A stretch of 64,000 nucleotides of DNA from Vermamoeba vermiformis (Eukaryota). This document shows, piece by piece, positions 26,889-40,410 of this stretch (position 1 is its first letter; every line of letters starts with the position of its first letter). The notes below the pieces were generated by a model that worked only from the letters and a program-made list of their open reading frames with translations, searched no databases and had not been told where the DNA came from. Position numbers and translations under genes: made by a program. The stretch covers positions 1 through 64,000 of the forward strand of contig JBEWZL010000214.1 in the NCBI GenBank assembly GCA_045837725.1, written 5' to 3'.

Positions 26889-27081
26889 TTATATTTCGTA
26901 CAATCAGCGCAAAGTTTTGTTGTGATTGGTCCGTGCCTTCAAAAACAACAACACGCGCTCAACACTTCGACGGCAATAGTCATTCATGGCCATATTGATT
27001 AGTCAATATTAAGGACCATATTTATTGGACTTCTCCACGGACAATTTCCCTCACAAGTCAAATCCGTGATCTAAAACCACA

Positions 27082-28552
27082 ATGAATAGAAGATTGCAAA
27101 AACTACTTCTTGCGTGTATATTATCTATTTTAATATTTATGTTAATATTTATGTTATTTTCAAATGAGCCTGAATCGACATCTGAATCCGAGGATGATTT
27201 CACTCTTGTAATTGCCGTAATGTCAACACCTTTCAGTACAAAGAGGCGTGACGAAATTAGGGAGTCATATGTACAGCAGTATAAAGAGATATATTGTTCA
27301 TTTTGCAAAGATAATCGAACAGATCCGAAGGTAATTAATTTTATTTATTTTAGCCGGATAATTTGGAACCTCTTAGACATTAATAATTAACTATTACATA
27401 TTTTAAGAGTTGATAATGATATTAATCTAAATTACTTTTCAGGTGCGATTGTATTTTTTCATCGGATATTTTAAGGACGTCAACAACGATTCTATTCGAG
27501 AAGAGCAGCAAAAATACAATGACTTAATATATTTGGATCATATGCGAGAGAATATGGAGCGAGGAAAATCCCTAGAAGTCATGAAATGGCTCTATCGTAA
27601 TACCCGATCGACATTCGCAATGAAAGCTGACGATGATAGCTTTATTATCGTTCCAAATCTATTGAAAAGATTAGAAAAGTTTAAAAAAGACTATCCTAAA
27701 CGACGTAAGCACTATAATTCCTCTGCAATACCTCATTAATTAGATGCGTTTCTCTACGGTTGTACTAATAATCGATTTGGTTAAGATAGGAGTATTTATT
27801 ATGGATACCCATTGATCGATGATGCGAAGGACGAAGTAAAAGAGATATTCATGGCCGGTATGGGGTAAGATTCTTTATTTGGATCTCGCTCGCAAAAACA
27901 ATTAACAATTTTAATGCGTGTGCGCGTAATAACGATAATATTTAATCTATAGGTATATTGTAAGCAGAAATCTTGTCGAGTTTCTCGGATCCATGTCCAC
28001 AGCGTATACTGCAGGACCAGAAGATCAAGTCATCGCTACTCACGTTCATAGATATATTTTATATGGCAAGTATTAACATAACAATATCGACGTATTATTT
28101 TGATTGCGTATAACTTCGCATACTGAAAGTAAAATTCCAGTACGCGTTTTTACCAAATTTGGAAGCCATAGTATTAATTGATTATTTTTGATGCAGATAA
28201 GCAAAATTGGAACAAACAATTAGTAGTTATCGGCGATACGGTTCATTTCCATGATTACCCGCAATTCAAAGGTCCTTCATCGTGGGAGTTAAGTTGCCAA
28301 GATATCGTAGTTCATCAGCTCAAGAGTAGTGCTCATTTGCGAAAAACGAGCGAATATTTTGCTCAATGTTGTCAATTCGGCGAAAATAAGAAATTAGAAG
28401 ATCAATCGACGGATGTGCCGGAGATCTGTTCGTCGCCACAAAGCGAAACTACTTGCAACAACGGACAGTCACGTGGAATTGCTTGTCATAAGACGAAGCA
28501 ATTCAAAATTAGTGATAGGAGATACACGTACATTGACGAGTCTGTTGCGTAA
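27082..28552 (+). CDS. GT31-family (beta-1,3-galactosyltransferase-like) type II membrane glycosyltransferase
   Basis: N-terminal signal anchor, 'RRDEIRESY', 'EEQQKYNDLI', 'AMKADDDSFI' (DxD), 'FMAGMGY' and 'PEDQ'. The 3' end is uncertain. Confidence 0.85.
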
Positions 28553-28761
28553 GAAGGTAACTAATGAGGTCAGATCCAGATTTGATCTGCCGAATAGGAA
28601 CACATTTTTAAATTTTATATAGAATAATCATAACGGCTTACTAATAATATGAATATGATCGTACTCTGTACTAACTTTGTGAATCGTAGGTAAATGTGGC
28701 ATAAAACTCAAACAGGCACTGGAATTCTATTTTCAACCGTAATATTCATCATATCAACACT

Positions 28762-29242
28762 ATGAGCACATTTTTAACGCGACAAATTAATGTACCAGTG
28801 GCTAACCCATTCACTCACACTAACGTTAGTTGCGATGTCTGCGGCGCTTCGCCGATCCAAGGAGTTAGATACAAGTGCGCAACCTGCCCTAATTTCGATA
28901 TGTGTGCAAGTAAGTATAATTTACTGTTTTTAGGATTGTAGTAAATTTTCTACAAATTAACTATTTATTTTTGTTTTTGTCGTTTTTTTGTGGCCTTAAA
29001 ATCTATCAATTCTACCAAGCGATCTTAATTTGTAAATACTAGGAAAAATATTAAATAGAAATATTAGGAAGGAATCCAATCACGACAACACACACGTGTT
29101 CTTAAAGCTCCGTTATCGCATTGCCGAAGAGCCGTCTAATGCCTCCGCGCTGTTGCCTCACGTGCGCGTTCAACCACCACCACAGCAACGAGCTGTCCCT
29201 GTGCCTGTACTCGACCGTCCTTATCCTCACAGAACCGATTAA
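28762..29242 (+). CDS. Small ZZ-type zinc finger protein (copy 1, possibly degenerate)
   Basis: 'CDVCGASPIQGVRYKCATCPNFDMCA', then an intron and 'HDNTHVFLKL'. The Cys that should follow the intron is not cleanly recovered. Confidence 0.65.
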
Positions 29243-29570
29243 CACTTGTATTATTATTATTATTATTGCTGGCAGTAGTACTATAACTAAATTCTTTAAA
29301 TTACAAGCAAAAGTTTCAGATCTGGCTTGACGGTGTTAATGCTCTCCACGGCCACAACTATGTATTGCGTATTATTGCTTAACTATAAACGATGTATACT
29401 AGTTTCATTTCGAAACAGGACCGGTTTGGAAATCTCGGGTTGTTGTAGGTAAACGTGTCAAATTCCTTTTGACGTGAAAATCAGATTAAAGCAGGAACGC
29501 AAGTTGTGACCTCAACTCGATTTTGTTCATTGCATTACTTATATTCTTATTACTCAACATCATATTAATC

Positions 29571-30082
29571 ATGTTTTCTGGACGCCGTATGGTCCAACCT
29601 GCTAGCACTGTGCCCGTTCACACTTCCGTGGGTTGTGACGTCTGTGGGGCTTCACCGATCCAGGGGATTAGATACAAATGCGTTAATTGCCCTAATTTTG
29701 ACTTATGTGCAAGTAAGAATGCCTTGTAATAGCACTGTTTTGCATGGGATTGGTTTATCGGCAGATCTGCTTTAAAAAAGTCGAGTATTGACCAAATAAT
29801 TTATATGCAAATGAACATTATCATTTTATATATTAATTTTCAAAAATCCTGGATAGGGAATCAAGTCTTTCGTAAACAATTGCGAATCTGATCTTAACTG
29901 CTTGTTTACTTACAGACTGCGAGGCCAACGTTGATAATCACGACAAGTCACACGTGTTTCTAAAATTACGCACTCCCGTAGTCGAGGAGCCCTCGAACGC
30001 GCACGCATTGTTGCCGGGTGTCAGAGTCAAGACAGATGAACCCAAACTGAACATTCCTCACGATCAAGTACGCTTTGATTAA
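29571..30082 (+). CDS. Small ZZ-type zinc finger protein (copy 2)
   Basis: 'HTSVGCDVCGASPIQGIRYKCVNCPNFDLCA|NCEANVDNHDKSHVFLKL' across one phase-1 intron. Confidence 0.85.
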
Positions 30083-30334
30083 TACAAGAAGTTTAAATCG
30101 TGTCTATTTGTACCGCTAACTCGGTCTTGTAATAAAAAAATTTAATAACAATGAAACTTTTCGTTAACGGGATCCGGTCGTTACGCCTTTGCCGAAAATG
30201 TTAATGATTAACCTTGATCCACGAATATTATTTTCTTTTATATAAACGACACAAATAACGTTTATAATGCGAGTTACGGACGCTTCTAATGTATGCCGAG
30301 TTTAGATCCAAAATTTAATTTATGATCGTTCCGG

Positions 30335-32037
30335 TTACATAGTGCCTCTATTAATTAAATCAACCATAACCAAGTGTTTCATATGCGCAAACCGTTCCAG
30401 AACTGCTCCTTTGGTTACATTTCCAGTAAATAGTACTCGGGTCAAGTTGGTTAATGTTGTCAAATAATCGAGGTGGTGTTCGTTTGCGATGAATCGTAAT
30501 ATCAGCGAGTTCAAGTTAGTTAATTTGGCCATATGCACGAACCATCCAATTGAATTTTGGGCAACGGTGTCTAAGTGTTTTAGATTCGTAAATCTGTTTT
30601 CGAGATCCGTACTTGAATCTTTCGGAGGCTGATCAAAAACGAGCCCCGTCAAGTTAGTTAGTGTACTTAGACTATCATAGAGCTCATGCGTCACTTCTGT
30701 ATTAAGATTGAGATAAACGAGGCCTGTCAGATGCGCAATGTCCAACTGCTCCAAGTCATATGGCTCTCCATCTCCATATACGACTAACGACTTTAATTTC
30801 GTTAATGTTCTGATATAGCTCTCGTCTCTATCCAAGTTATAGCGTATTTGCAAGTTTGTTAAATTTGTCAAGTGAGACAAATGCTGTGTTTGTCGGGTGC
30901 TTTCAACGCTTAATTCTTGCAGTCCAGCCAAGCACGTGATATTTTCAGTGAATTCCACGACTTCGCCGGCAATTGTAAGTTGCGTCAAATTCGGTGCATT
31001 AACATAAGGCCAAAGTTGTGGTCCTATAAGATCATCACGGAAGTAAAGTTCTACGGTCTCGAGTGCTGTCAATGCTGTCAAAAATGTGAAGTTTCCCTGA
31101 ATGGTCGGACCATCTCCGATGGCAGTCAGCGAGAGGTCTTTCAAGTTCGTTAATGCTGCCAATTGTGAAGTAATCTGCAGTAGATCTTCTTCGACCGCAA
31201 GTGTCAATCGTGTCAGTTTTGTATTTGCATCTAAGTGGGATATTGACGGGGCGGAGTAATTGAGGTATTCTAAATTAGGCAATAGATATTGTGGACATCG
31301 ATGACGACAGACAAATTTGGTCAAATTTTGGAATCGGCTGATAGTCGTACTGTATTCTTCGTTAAATGCTCCATCTTCGACCAAAACCAAGGACAATTCT
31401 CGGAGTTTTAGAGGCGCAGGTATTTTTGCCAACAGATCTGCCTCTTCTCTATCCATTAATACTAAGCTCAAACTCTTAAGATTTGACAAGACTTCAAATG
31501 GTTGAGTTTCTCTCCACGAAGCGCTTTTCATCTTCAATTTGGTCAAGTTGCGATAATGGGCTAACAGCTTCTCGGGATATTGTGCTCTAAGTCTGAAATA
31601 TTGCAGATTTGTTAAGCTTGACAAGTGCATCCACTCGTTTGCGCTTTTCAATGCCAAAAATCGCTCCAGATGTAGACTAGTAGCATGAGTAAGACGAGAA
31701 AGTTGTAGAATTTGTTGCATATCTCCTCTGAAGCGAGATTTGAGAAAAGTTATGCCGATGGGGTGATTGTATTGCATTAACCGGTCTATTATCTCCTCTA
31801 ACGTCTGTAGATCGGTCCAATAAAATATAAATGTGTCGTATTGGATTATTCTGAACCATTCTTTCGATGTGGCTCGTGCCAAGCGCTTTGATCTGTCATC
31901 CAAAATTTGTAAAATAATTTTCTTTAATTCCAAAGGCAATGAATCCTATTTTAGTCGTTAGGATTTCCTTTTTAAAGCGTAATAAAATTACAATTATAAT
32001 ATTCTGTATCCTGGTACGGTAGTGGAAAGTTTACCAT
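30335..32037 (-). CDS. F-box/LRR protein
   Basis: ATG plus intron gives 'MDSLPLELKKIILQILD...ATSKEW', followed by many 'LTNLxxLxL' repeats. Confidence 0.85.
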
Positions 32038-32370
32038 TGTGCAATCAAAATTCTGACAATACAGAGGTATTAATTATAGTCCTCTTTGTAAATTAAGGTT
32101 CACTATTAGTAAAATAATAATGCATAACGAGCTGTTGTGTTCTAGCTCGTTTGAGATCTTGACTGTTTAAGACAAGTAACTACGATCTTGAAAAATTTTG
32201 ATAGAACACCAATAATATTATCTCGGTAGTAACTTCTCTTGCTTACACAACTTGTCACGTTTACCGACTCGAGTTAAATAAGGAAATAGCCCTGATTGAC
32301 AAATCGAAGTCTTTGACGAGACATAAAAAGAAATGACCACGTCGTTTATTGTATTATAATAAATCTCACC

Positions 32371-32993
32371 ATGAGCACAGCAGTACTGTCATTCACTCCT
32401 TCCATTACCGACTTGCATCTGAATACCATTAACGGTGTTCTCGGCGATGTAAGTCAAACTGACCTTAACGAATTTTCATCGCCTCAGCAACGCGTGCAAG
32501 CGCATCTCAAATATGTCTTGAATATCGTAAGTACCAAATTTCGAATTTTAGTATTTTTTGGTATTTAATTTGATTTATTTTCAAGCTCGAATCCGGTCAA
32601 TTTGCTCCAACAAGCTTGACTGTCTCTCAAATGCACAATAGAAGCAAATGCATAAATATCCTTCCATCCATTGTTCGATGAGCGTCAAGTCCATGTCGCG
32701 GATGTAGGCGAACTTGAGCGCAAGTAAGTATACACAGCTTATTAACGACCTCAATATTATACTCACAAAAATATTTGTTTTGGATCGGATTTACAGTGTA
32801 AATGCGTGACATTATTTTTTACGAAATTTCAAACGGTGTTAGCTGATTGGTTCGTTTTTTAGACTGCGAGACACTGGACACCGGCCACAACAAAAGTCAC
32901 GTGTTCTTAAAGCTGAAATTTGCCATCACCAAAGAGCCTGACAACACTACCCCGCTGTTGCCGAACATCACAGTGCAAGCGAACAATAGTTAG
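32371..32993 (+). pseudogene. Chimeric gene remnant: unrelated N-terminal exons joined to a ZZ-finger last exon
   Basis: Exons 32371-32527 and 32585 onward stop early. The donor 'gcaa|gtaagt' and the exon at 32863 ('CE...HNKSHVFLKL...EP...LLP') match the last exon of the ZZ genes. Confidence 0.55.
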
Positions 32994-33290
32994 TTCTACT
33001 TTAACTAGGCCAAAAAGTCGAGTCATTTTTACCAAGTTATTTTGATAGTCGATCGTTGGTGTATCTGCAGTTGGAAATTTTTTTACTTGTGCATAAAAAG
33101 TTGGAATGAAAATAGGTGACATTCGTCACGTGATTGTCAATATTAGTGACGTTACAAGTCGTCATTATTTGGTGACCTTCCTACAATAAATATACACGCT
33201 ATTTTCCTTACAAAGTGATTTCCGTCGTGCTGACGTTGTCACGGAAATTTAAATCTAATTTGACATTTTGTATTGAATATATCCACATCA

Positions 33291-34523
33291 ATGGCAGGAG
33301 AATCGTTACAAAGACGCAATAGAAGTCAAGCTATTTTGTTGATAGCAGGCGTCATTGTATTCGTTATAATGTGGGCTGCATTTTCTGCTGAAAACGTAGA
33401 TTTGGGTATACTTTAGAATTGATGATATTAAATAATTGAATTAATATTGATTTTCAGACCGCAATCTGCCAACTTTGGAGGTAAATTCGGGATTGATAGG
33501 AAAAATAAACTAATCAAATAACAGACAGGCCAAAAAATATTATATTCTCCTCAAAAATTAAACCCCGATGGCAGCTTTAAAGCTTTAGAAGGAAATACTA
33601 TCATCACTTTCTTCGATCCGAAGAAAAATCCAGTTTGGCAAGGTGCGCTCGTCAAAAGTCAGCAGATCGTGAAAGAAAGCAATATCAGCGATTGCTTTTC
33701 GATACTACCACCCTCAAGCTTCCATATTACTGCGTTCGACTTGTTTACCGAAGTACAGAAAAGACCAGATTACGTCGTAAGTTTTTAAAGTCATCTTGCT
33801 TGACACTTCACGCGATGAATATTCATAAACATCTAATTCAGGCAAATGTACCGTTTTCGAAAGTTGAAGAGGAAATGATCAATAGATTAAGGTAAATTCC
33901 TCGCTGTTTGAATCGTACATTAATTTGTCTAAATCTGGAATGTGAACTAGGCCTGTATTCAAGCGCGAAAATGAAAGCCCATCGTTGTACGAGTTTACGT
34001 TCAAAAATGTCACGTTTGGACCACCAAGAAAGGCCTTCGTCATTGAAGTTGAATGTACCGAACGGGAAAAGTTACTCCGCTGGCGTGAAGGTGCGCGTTA
34101 CAAATTACGATACGACTAGCCCAGCGAAATTAAGCTATATTTAACTAGAAATTACTGCGCTGACAGATTTGCATCTCCAACCTGCGAGATTTCACTTGGG
34201 GCTTGCGTACCTGCGATACAAAGTACCTGACGAGCTTGAGGCTGAACGAGTACGAATTTGGCATCTATTGATGGAGTACGGACTTGAACGTATTGTTACA
34301 TCTAGTCTTAATGATCTTATTATGATCGATACTTAGGTTATGGCAAGATGTCATCAAGAAGGAACCAATCGTTCATCCCAGCAGACCAAGGTTGACATTT
34401 TTTAGGTGAGAACTTAGCCATTTGCGATTGCATATGACTAATGCTCTTTGGATGCGCAGGGATATGACTCACTTTGGCTTAACGCCACTGTATGAAGAGA
34501 ACAAGGAGCTACTCGACTATTGA
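33291..34523 (+). CDS. DUF1868-like 2H phosphoesterase with an N-terminal signal anchor
   Basis: 'KLNPDGSFKALEGNTII', 'LPPSSFHITAFD', 'RFHLGLAY' (two His-based 2H-like motifs) and 'DMTHF'. Hydrophobic 'ILLLIAGVIVFVIMWAAF'. Confidence 0.75.
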
Positions 34524-34596
34524 TCAAACAGCCTTTGATGTTTGATAATAAAGTGAACGATTGTCACTCGTTTGGTTTTATTACGATTCTTGAAGA

Positions 34597-36235
34597 CTAC
34601 TGCAAATATGACATGTCAAATTTGATCTCGTATATTTCATTGCCAGATAGACCGAGGGCTTTGTTGTCATTAATGATGAAAATATCTACTATTAAGTCGT
34701 TGATGTAACCAATAATCGCTCGTTTGCTGATTGAAAAGAAAACTTGACACAGCTTGCTTTTGTGGGAAGTATGCCACGTTAAAATGTCTCTATTTAACCA
34801 ACGAAAAAAGAATGCACGTTCTGGCAAGCTGATCGAGAGGTAAGGGTCAGGCAAGTGCTCGATTTTGTCTGGCATAGTGTTTGTATCTTGTACGTGGGTA
34901 GTCCACAATTCATTGGTCAGTGCACGAACAGTGAATACTCCAGATTCTGAGAAAAAAAGTTTAGGTTAAAACCGAATAAATTTGCGGTCTTACTTGAAAA
35001 TGTGCAGTAATATGGTGAGCCTGGGAATACAACAAAATTATCCCAAGCTTCAATTTTCACTTCTTTAGGCGGTTGTTGCTGATAGGATTGGCGGTGTATC
35101 ATTTTCCGCGAATTGACATCGAATATTGCTAGTGCCATGCAGGGATCCCAAAATATCTTCAAGTAGGACCCATTTTCATTCTCGAATAGCTGCATAATGC
35201 CACTGAAACGGTCTGTTGGCTTTTCATTAAGCTGCCCGTTGTAAAGTTCAATTTTTTTCAGATTGATGCGGTCGATCTCGAATATTGAGTAAGTTGCATT
35301 CACTAGGTCATGACTAAGGACATACGCAACAGGTCTTAATGTCGATGGTACGTAGTCTAAAGGATCTGAAAAATCGAACGTAGCTACGTCGATCGCAGTT
35401 GTTATCGATCGGAAATTTAACTTCGCAGCATTATTCTCTTCGTCTTCCGTCCACAAGATCCAATTATCACCTAGCAAAGTACGTAAGTATTACAAATGAG
35501 AGCAGAATTATATTATACGTACCATATACCATGCGATCTGTTGGTGGATGGTTACTTAGGCACGTGACATCTCGTTCATGAACCAAAACGTCACTTTCAA
35601 CGCGGAAATATTTCATGGTACTTTTGTTCGGGGAAAGCAATCCGATCGTCTGATCTATTAGTATACGGCTTATATTAGACAGTCATAAGAATAATAGTGT
35701 GTAAAGTACTTGCCGGCAAAGTTAAAAAACGGGTTAAAAACGACTGAAATCGGTAGTCTTGCTGTTAGTAACGCTTTTGTTGCGTTGTATACAATCAAGT
35801 CTTTGTCTAAAAATAAAAGTAAATCTTTTCTCCATGGAACTTGAAAGCTTCTCAATCGTGTGTTGTGTGGATTCAAATCTGTCAAAGCGAAGTAGGAGAC
35901 TGAATGTCCTTCGTCCACGAGCGAATCTATCACAATAAGACGCCGGAATTGTTGGCTCATATCTTCTTTTAATACGTCGGTGTATGACAGTGGGAATGCT
36001 GATTGGATGCGTTTAATCCAGGTGAAGCTAAGCGGATCAGACAACCACGAATTGAACGTTTTGCATACTGTCCGCAATATAAATATTCTCTTGATCGACA
36101 GAAAAATAGTCACGTTGAGAAACGCGTCTTTGCTGGAGAATAAAGCATTTTCAGATCTGCTCGGCAGGAAAAAATTAGAGAAATCTAATTAAGTGGTGGT
36201 ATTATACTCCTCAATTTTACTTACGTGTGTTCCAT
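34597..36235 (-). CDS. F-box protein with a beta-rich C-terminal region
   Basis: Short first exon 'MEHT', then 'IFLSIKRIFILRTVCKTFNSW' F-box-like pattern. Multi-exon. Confidence 0.6.
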
Positions 36236-36371
36236 AAATCGTGTTGAATCGCTAATTTGTCAGCACCCGGTGAATGGTGCGCTTTGTCGACGGCGCGTTT
36301 TCTGCAGAAAAAGATAAGAAAAAAAATCAAGCGTAGATTCTCAATCGATTGTCTAACCGATTATTAATTCA

Positions 36372-37310
36372 ATGGAGACTACAGCAGTTAACGCGTTAAC
36401 GATATCGTTAGAGGCACTGCCACGGGAGCTGTTGTCGTATTGTTTTAGCATGTTATCCTCAGATTATTTCTATGGAGACCTATGGCGCATCGGACTAGTC
36501 AGTAAAGTGTGCTTAGAGCAGATAAATGATGTCAAGAATCGATTCCCCCAAAAAATGCATGGTAAGTCAGAATGGAATTTTTCTTGATCGGATCTCACTT
36601 CCATTATTTTTTAAAATTATTTTCTTCCTGAAAGTGTATATAAGACATGAAAAAACTAAACATAATTACGGTTTAATTTTTGTACGTTAATTATTTATCA
36701 ATTATTTTTTCAGTCGATCCAAGCGAATTTGAAGCGAGTGTGCTACAAATCTTAAGGACTACAATAGCAGTTGATGACATAAAGTGTAAATTGAAAGCAC
36801 ATATGCAGCGTTACAAGTTTCCTGCGCTCACAAAACAATACCGAAAAGAATGCAACCAGTGTCGAGCCCCTGTGACTTGCTTATTGCAATGTAAGTGCTA
36901 GTTATAATTACTCGCGCATTTAAAGCACTTTTTTAATAATACCATAAGTTTCTTATCGAATACGTTCGTTCAATTTTTTCATGCCTGATCTTGGTATTAT
37001 TTTAGTGGAGAACTCTTACGAAGAAAAAGGCGATCGATTTGAAATGCGTACGTATTAAAAGAATTGTTATCGTTCACTGAATTAAGTTCATGAATCATTT
37101 GCAGGCTGGAGACAAGAAGCCATGAATTGGTGTTCCGAGAAACACAGTTTAGTATTGACTACTAACACTCGGATAAAAGGATACTATATGTGGGAGTATT
37201 ATGATGATTCGTATAAGAGGCATAAAGTGCTCTCCGTCGATGAGGCAATCAACGAGATCATTCAACGGCGGACTACGATATTACAGATTCACCTGGAGGG
37301 AAAATCCTGA
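36372..37310 (+). CDS. Small F-box-like protein
   Basis: 'LEALPRELLSYCFSML...IGLVSKVC'. Later 'CNQC' and micro-exons. Confidence 0.55.
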
Positions 37311-37389
37311 TTAAATTCATGTAGTGATAAATTTAAGTCTTTACTTTTTTTGGTTTACAAGGTTTTCACAACCAGTTTCTCGTGATACA

Positions 37390-38231
37390 AATTTTCAGGA
37401 AAATAAGATTGTTTGCATTTGTTCAAGCTTATTCTGAAATATTGGTTCGGCATGACTGAGAGTAACTAGCATACTTTGACTATGTCACGTCGTTTTAGTG
37501 AAGAGCGGTGAATGAAAAATCAACGAAGGGAATGCTGGTGATTTAATTCTTTCGGCCAATTCTGAAACAAAATTGCTCTCTTTCTCAAACGTTACGGAGT
37601 TGATGTCAAAAAAGGCTTCGGTATTGCAGGCACTGTTTTGTTAAGGGATCCATTACAACACTCAGCTTGATGCTGCTGGATGGTTCCGATGCGTGATACA
37701 CTTAAGAAAATGTCGAGTCTAACAATACGATCCGCGGATTTCTCTCTCTTTGCATTTCCAAAAATTCTTCCATTCTTTGAAGCACATTTTGCAAATTTTC
37801 TGAGATAAAATTTAGTTAATTGCCCGTGAAGTCAAGATACTAGTCGTACCTGCGGTGGCTGTATCAACTGTTTGGTTATCTGTTGCACCTTCAACAATAA
37901 TTTAGCGCTGCTGACAAGGAAACTACAACAAATACGTACATCTACCGAGAGACTTCTGTACGGCATTCCACAACTTTTTTGTCTTTCCGGTCGGAACTCC
38001 GGGAAGAATTGAAATTAGTTCCGATAAACTTGGTACTGGCGCGTCAAAAAGGACCTCGCCGTCGATCTGTTGCTTGATCAGAATTTCGGCGCTCTCTTTA
38101 GAGAATTTCAAAACTTTTGTCGCCCACACAGCCACCTGCTTGTGATGCCAATCAGGCCTTGGTAGGGTGTCTTTAGTTATATTGGCGTGCGCCCATGCCT
38201 CAAGTTGCTCCTCAGACCAGTCAAGAGGCAT
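37390..38231 (-). pseudogene. SAM-like N-terminal domain fragment; downstream exons appear disrupted
   Basis: 'DWHHKQVAVWA...AEILIKQQIDGEVLF...L...GVPTGKTKKLW' fits a SAM-type helical header. No long ORF follows. Confidence 0.45.
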
Positions 38232-38690
38232 ATCTGTCGCAGATTTTAGTTTTGTACAAAAAGGACCTTATTTCGGATTTAGCTTTAGTTAATTCGATTT
38301 TGGGCATTTGATTATTTAAAATAATATTTCTACGTGAAGGATAGAAGCCAGGATTTAATTGAAATATGAAAGAAGATTCGGATTCAAATTCTCGGGTAAG
38401 TCTAATTTCTCGTCGTAGAAGATGTTGGAGAGATTTGTGACGCACGAAAGTAATAGAATATTATTATTTGATTTAGTAATTATTGGTGGCCACCAATGGA
38501 AATTTTGGCCTGATCGATAAAATTAATTACCTTGGTCGTTTTGTTCCATTACAAGAAGAAAATATGCTTGAAATACTTCTGTGGTATCCAACAACAAAGT
38601 GGAGATAGAAACGTTCAAAAAAATGGCGCGATTTGATGCAAGCGAAAAGTCAACTTTGTCAAATTTTACTGAAGAAACGTAACAAGCACA

Positions 38691-40111
38691 ATGAATAACA
38701 ATTCAAGGCCTGCAAATCCTTATGACCCGCAGTTACAGCGCGCAATTGCCATGCAAAGGTTCCATGCCTTGCGTGAGATCAAGGTTGTTATTTGGAGCTT
38801 GAAAATATAGCTTTAAAACAGATCTAGTACCAATGTACATTTATTGTTTTACCTTTTTATTCGACAAAAGGACGCCAATATGGAAGATCTCCTCGAGGAA
38901 GTAGAAAAACAGACAAAGATCCCAGAAGACGAAGACATTGGCGAGAAAATTACTATCGACACTCCCATTTCAAATAATAATATCGGATATAAATTATTGG
39001 TATGTAATAGAATTTTTAGCTATTTTTTGAACATTTTTTTCGTTTCGTAAAAATTTTCACTTCCGATCTAGCGCAAGGATTTGTACTTTCACTCTTAAAA
39101 TTATACATAAGACCTCAGGTGACGAGGCTGTTGATTTAATACGCCTGAGTTAGCGTCTCGGTTCCCAATATTTTTATTACCTTGGAATTCGGATCTCACA
39201 AAAAGACACTGTAATTCCTTACATTTTGTTCTGTATTAATATTTCTTTCTGTAATAGATGAAAATGGGCTGGAAAGAAAATACTAGTCTCGGCAAACGAT
39301 CAGGTATCGTGGAGCCGATCAGATACGACTTTAAAGCCGACGCTTGGGGCTTAGGCATGAAAGAAGATATTGATGAGCATACTAATCCTGAGAATATTAA
39401 ACGGTACGTTATAATTGTCATATTTGCTTTCTATAACGAAAAGTTTTTGCGGCCTTCGAGAAAGAACCGAATCTTCAAAACACGGATTAATTTTTGAATT
39501 AGACGTGCTTTAACAGTTGAAATGGACATGGAAAAACCAGAAAATGTGCAAATTATCCAAAAAAGGCAAGAAGCTATTGAGAAGAAAGAAGAGATTCAGA
39601 AGACAGTACAAGAAATGCTAGATCCGTTCTACTGCAAGCTTTGTAGCAAAGGTTATAAGCGCATCGATCAATATAACGAGCATCTTAGTTCATATGACCA
39701 TAATCATCGTCAGGTAAGCAAAGTTTCGGATCCAAATCCACGATCGATCCCGCTTCTTGCCACGGATCTAACGTTCTTCCCTAGCGATTGCGAGATATGC
39801 AAGAAATGACCAATACATGCAAGAACACGAGCTCTGAAGAGGTCAAGAAGCGAGAAGAAAAGGAGTTACAGAAACTGTTGTCTCGTGCCCAAAAGTTGCA
39901 GCAGATGCAGGGTGGAAATTCAACTTTAAATTCCGAGAATAATACAGCACCTCCTTTACCCGAAGAATTACCACCACCGTTACCTCCGACACCAGTTAAC
40001 GCTAGTGGACAGCCTGCGCCAGCAGCGCAGATGAAATTCAGTTTGAAAGCAGCGCCGAAAAAAGCAGCGCCTAAAATCAACGCATTTAAAGCTTTTAGCG
40101 ACGATGATTAA
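38691..40111 (+). CDS. G-patch + C2H2 zinc finger protein (GPATCH8-like N-terminal module)
   Basis: 'ISNNNIGYKLL|MKMGWKENTSLGKRSGIVEPI...GLG' G-patch and 'FYCKLCSKGYKRIDQYNEHLSSYDHNHRQ'. Confidence 0.85.
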
Positions 40112-40410
40112 GCAAGGACTTTAACACTCAGCAAGCCACGAATTTGAAACAGCGCGCGTCGAAATTTCTATTCGATCTGAAGAGCCAAGCCGATCCTCGA
40201 GTTCCTTACACCAACTGGCTTTATTATCGATTAACTGTACATAAATAAAGCCGCAGTATGTGGTTCCTAGAACAAGTTTGAGACTGGCCAGGGGTTAGTT
40301 CCTTTTAAGGAAACTGGTCGGTACGATTTTTGAGATAAGGTACATATTGGCAGTTACGATAGCAAGAATTACAAATCTTTTAATTAATACTATATACAAT
40401 GTTGCTGTAT

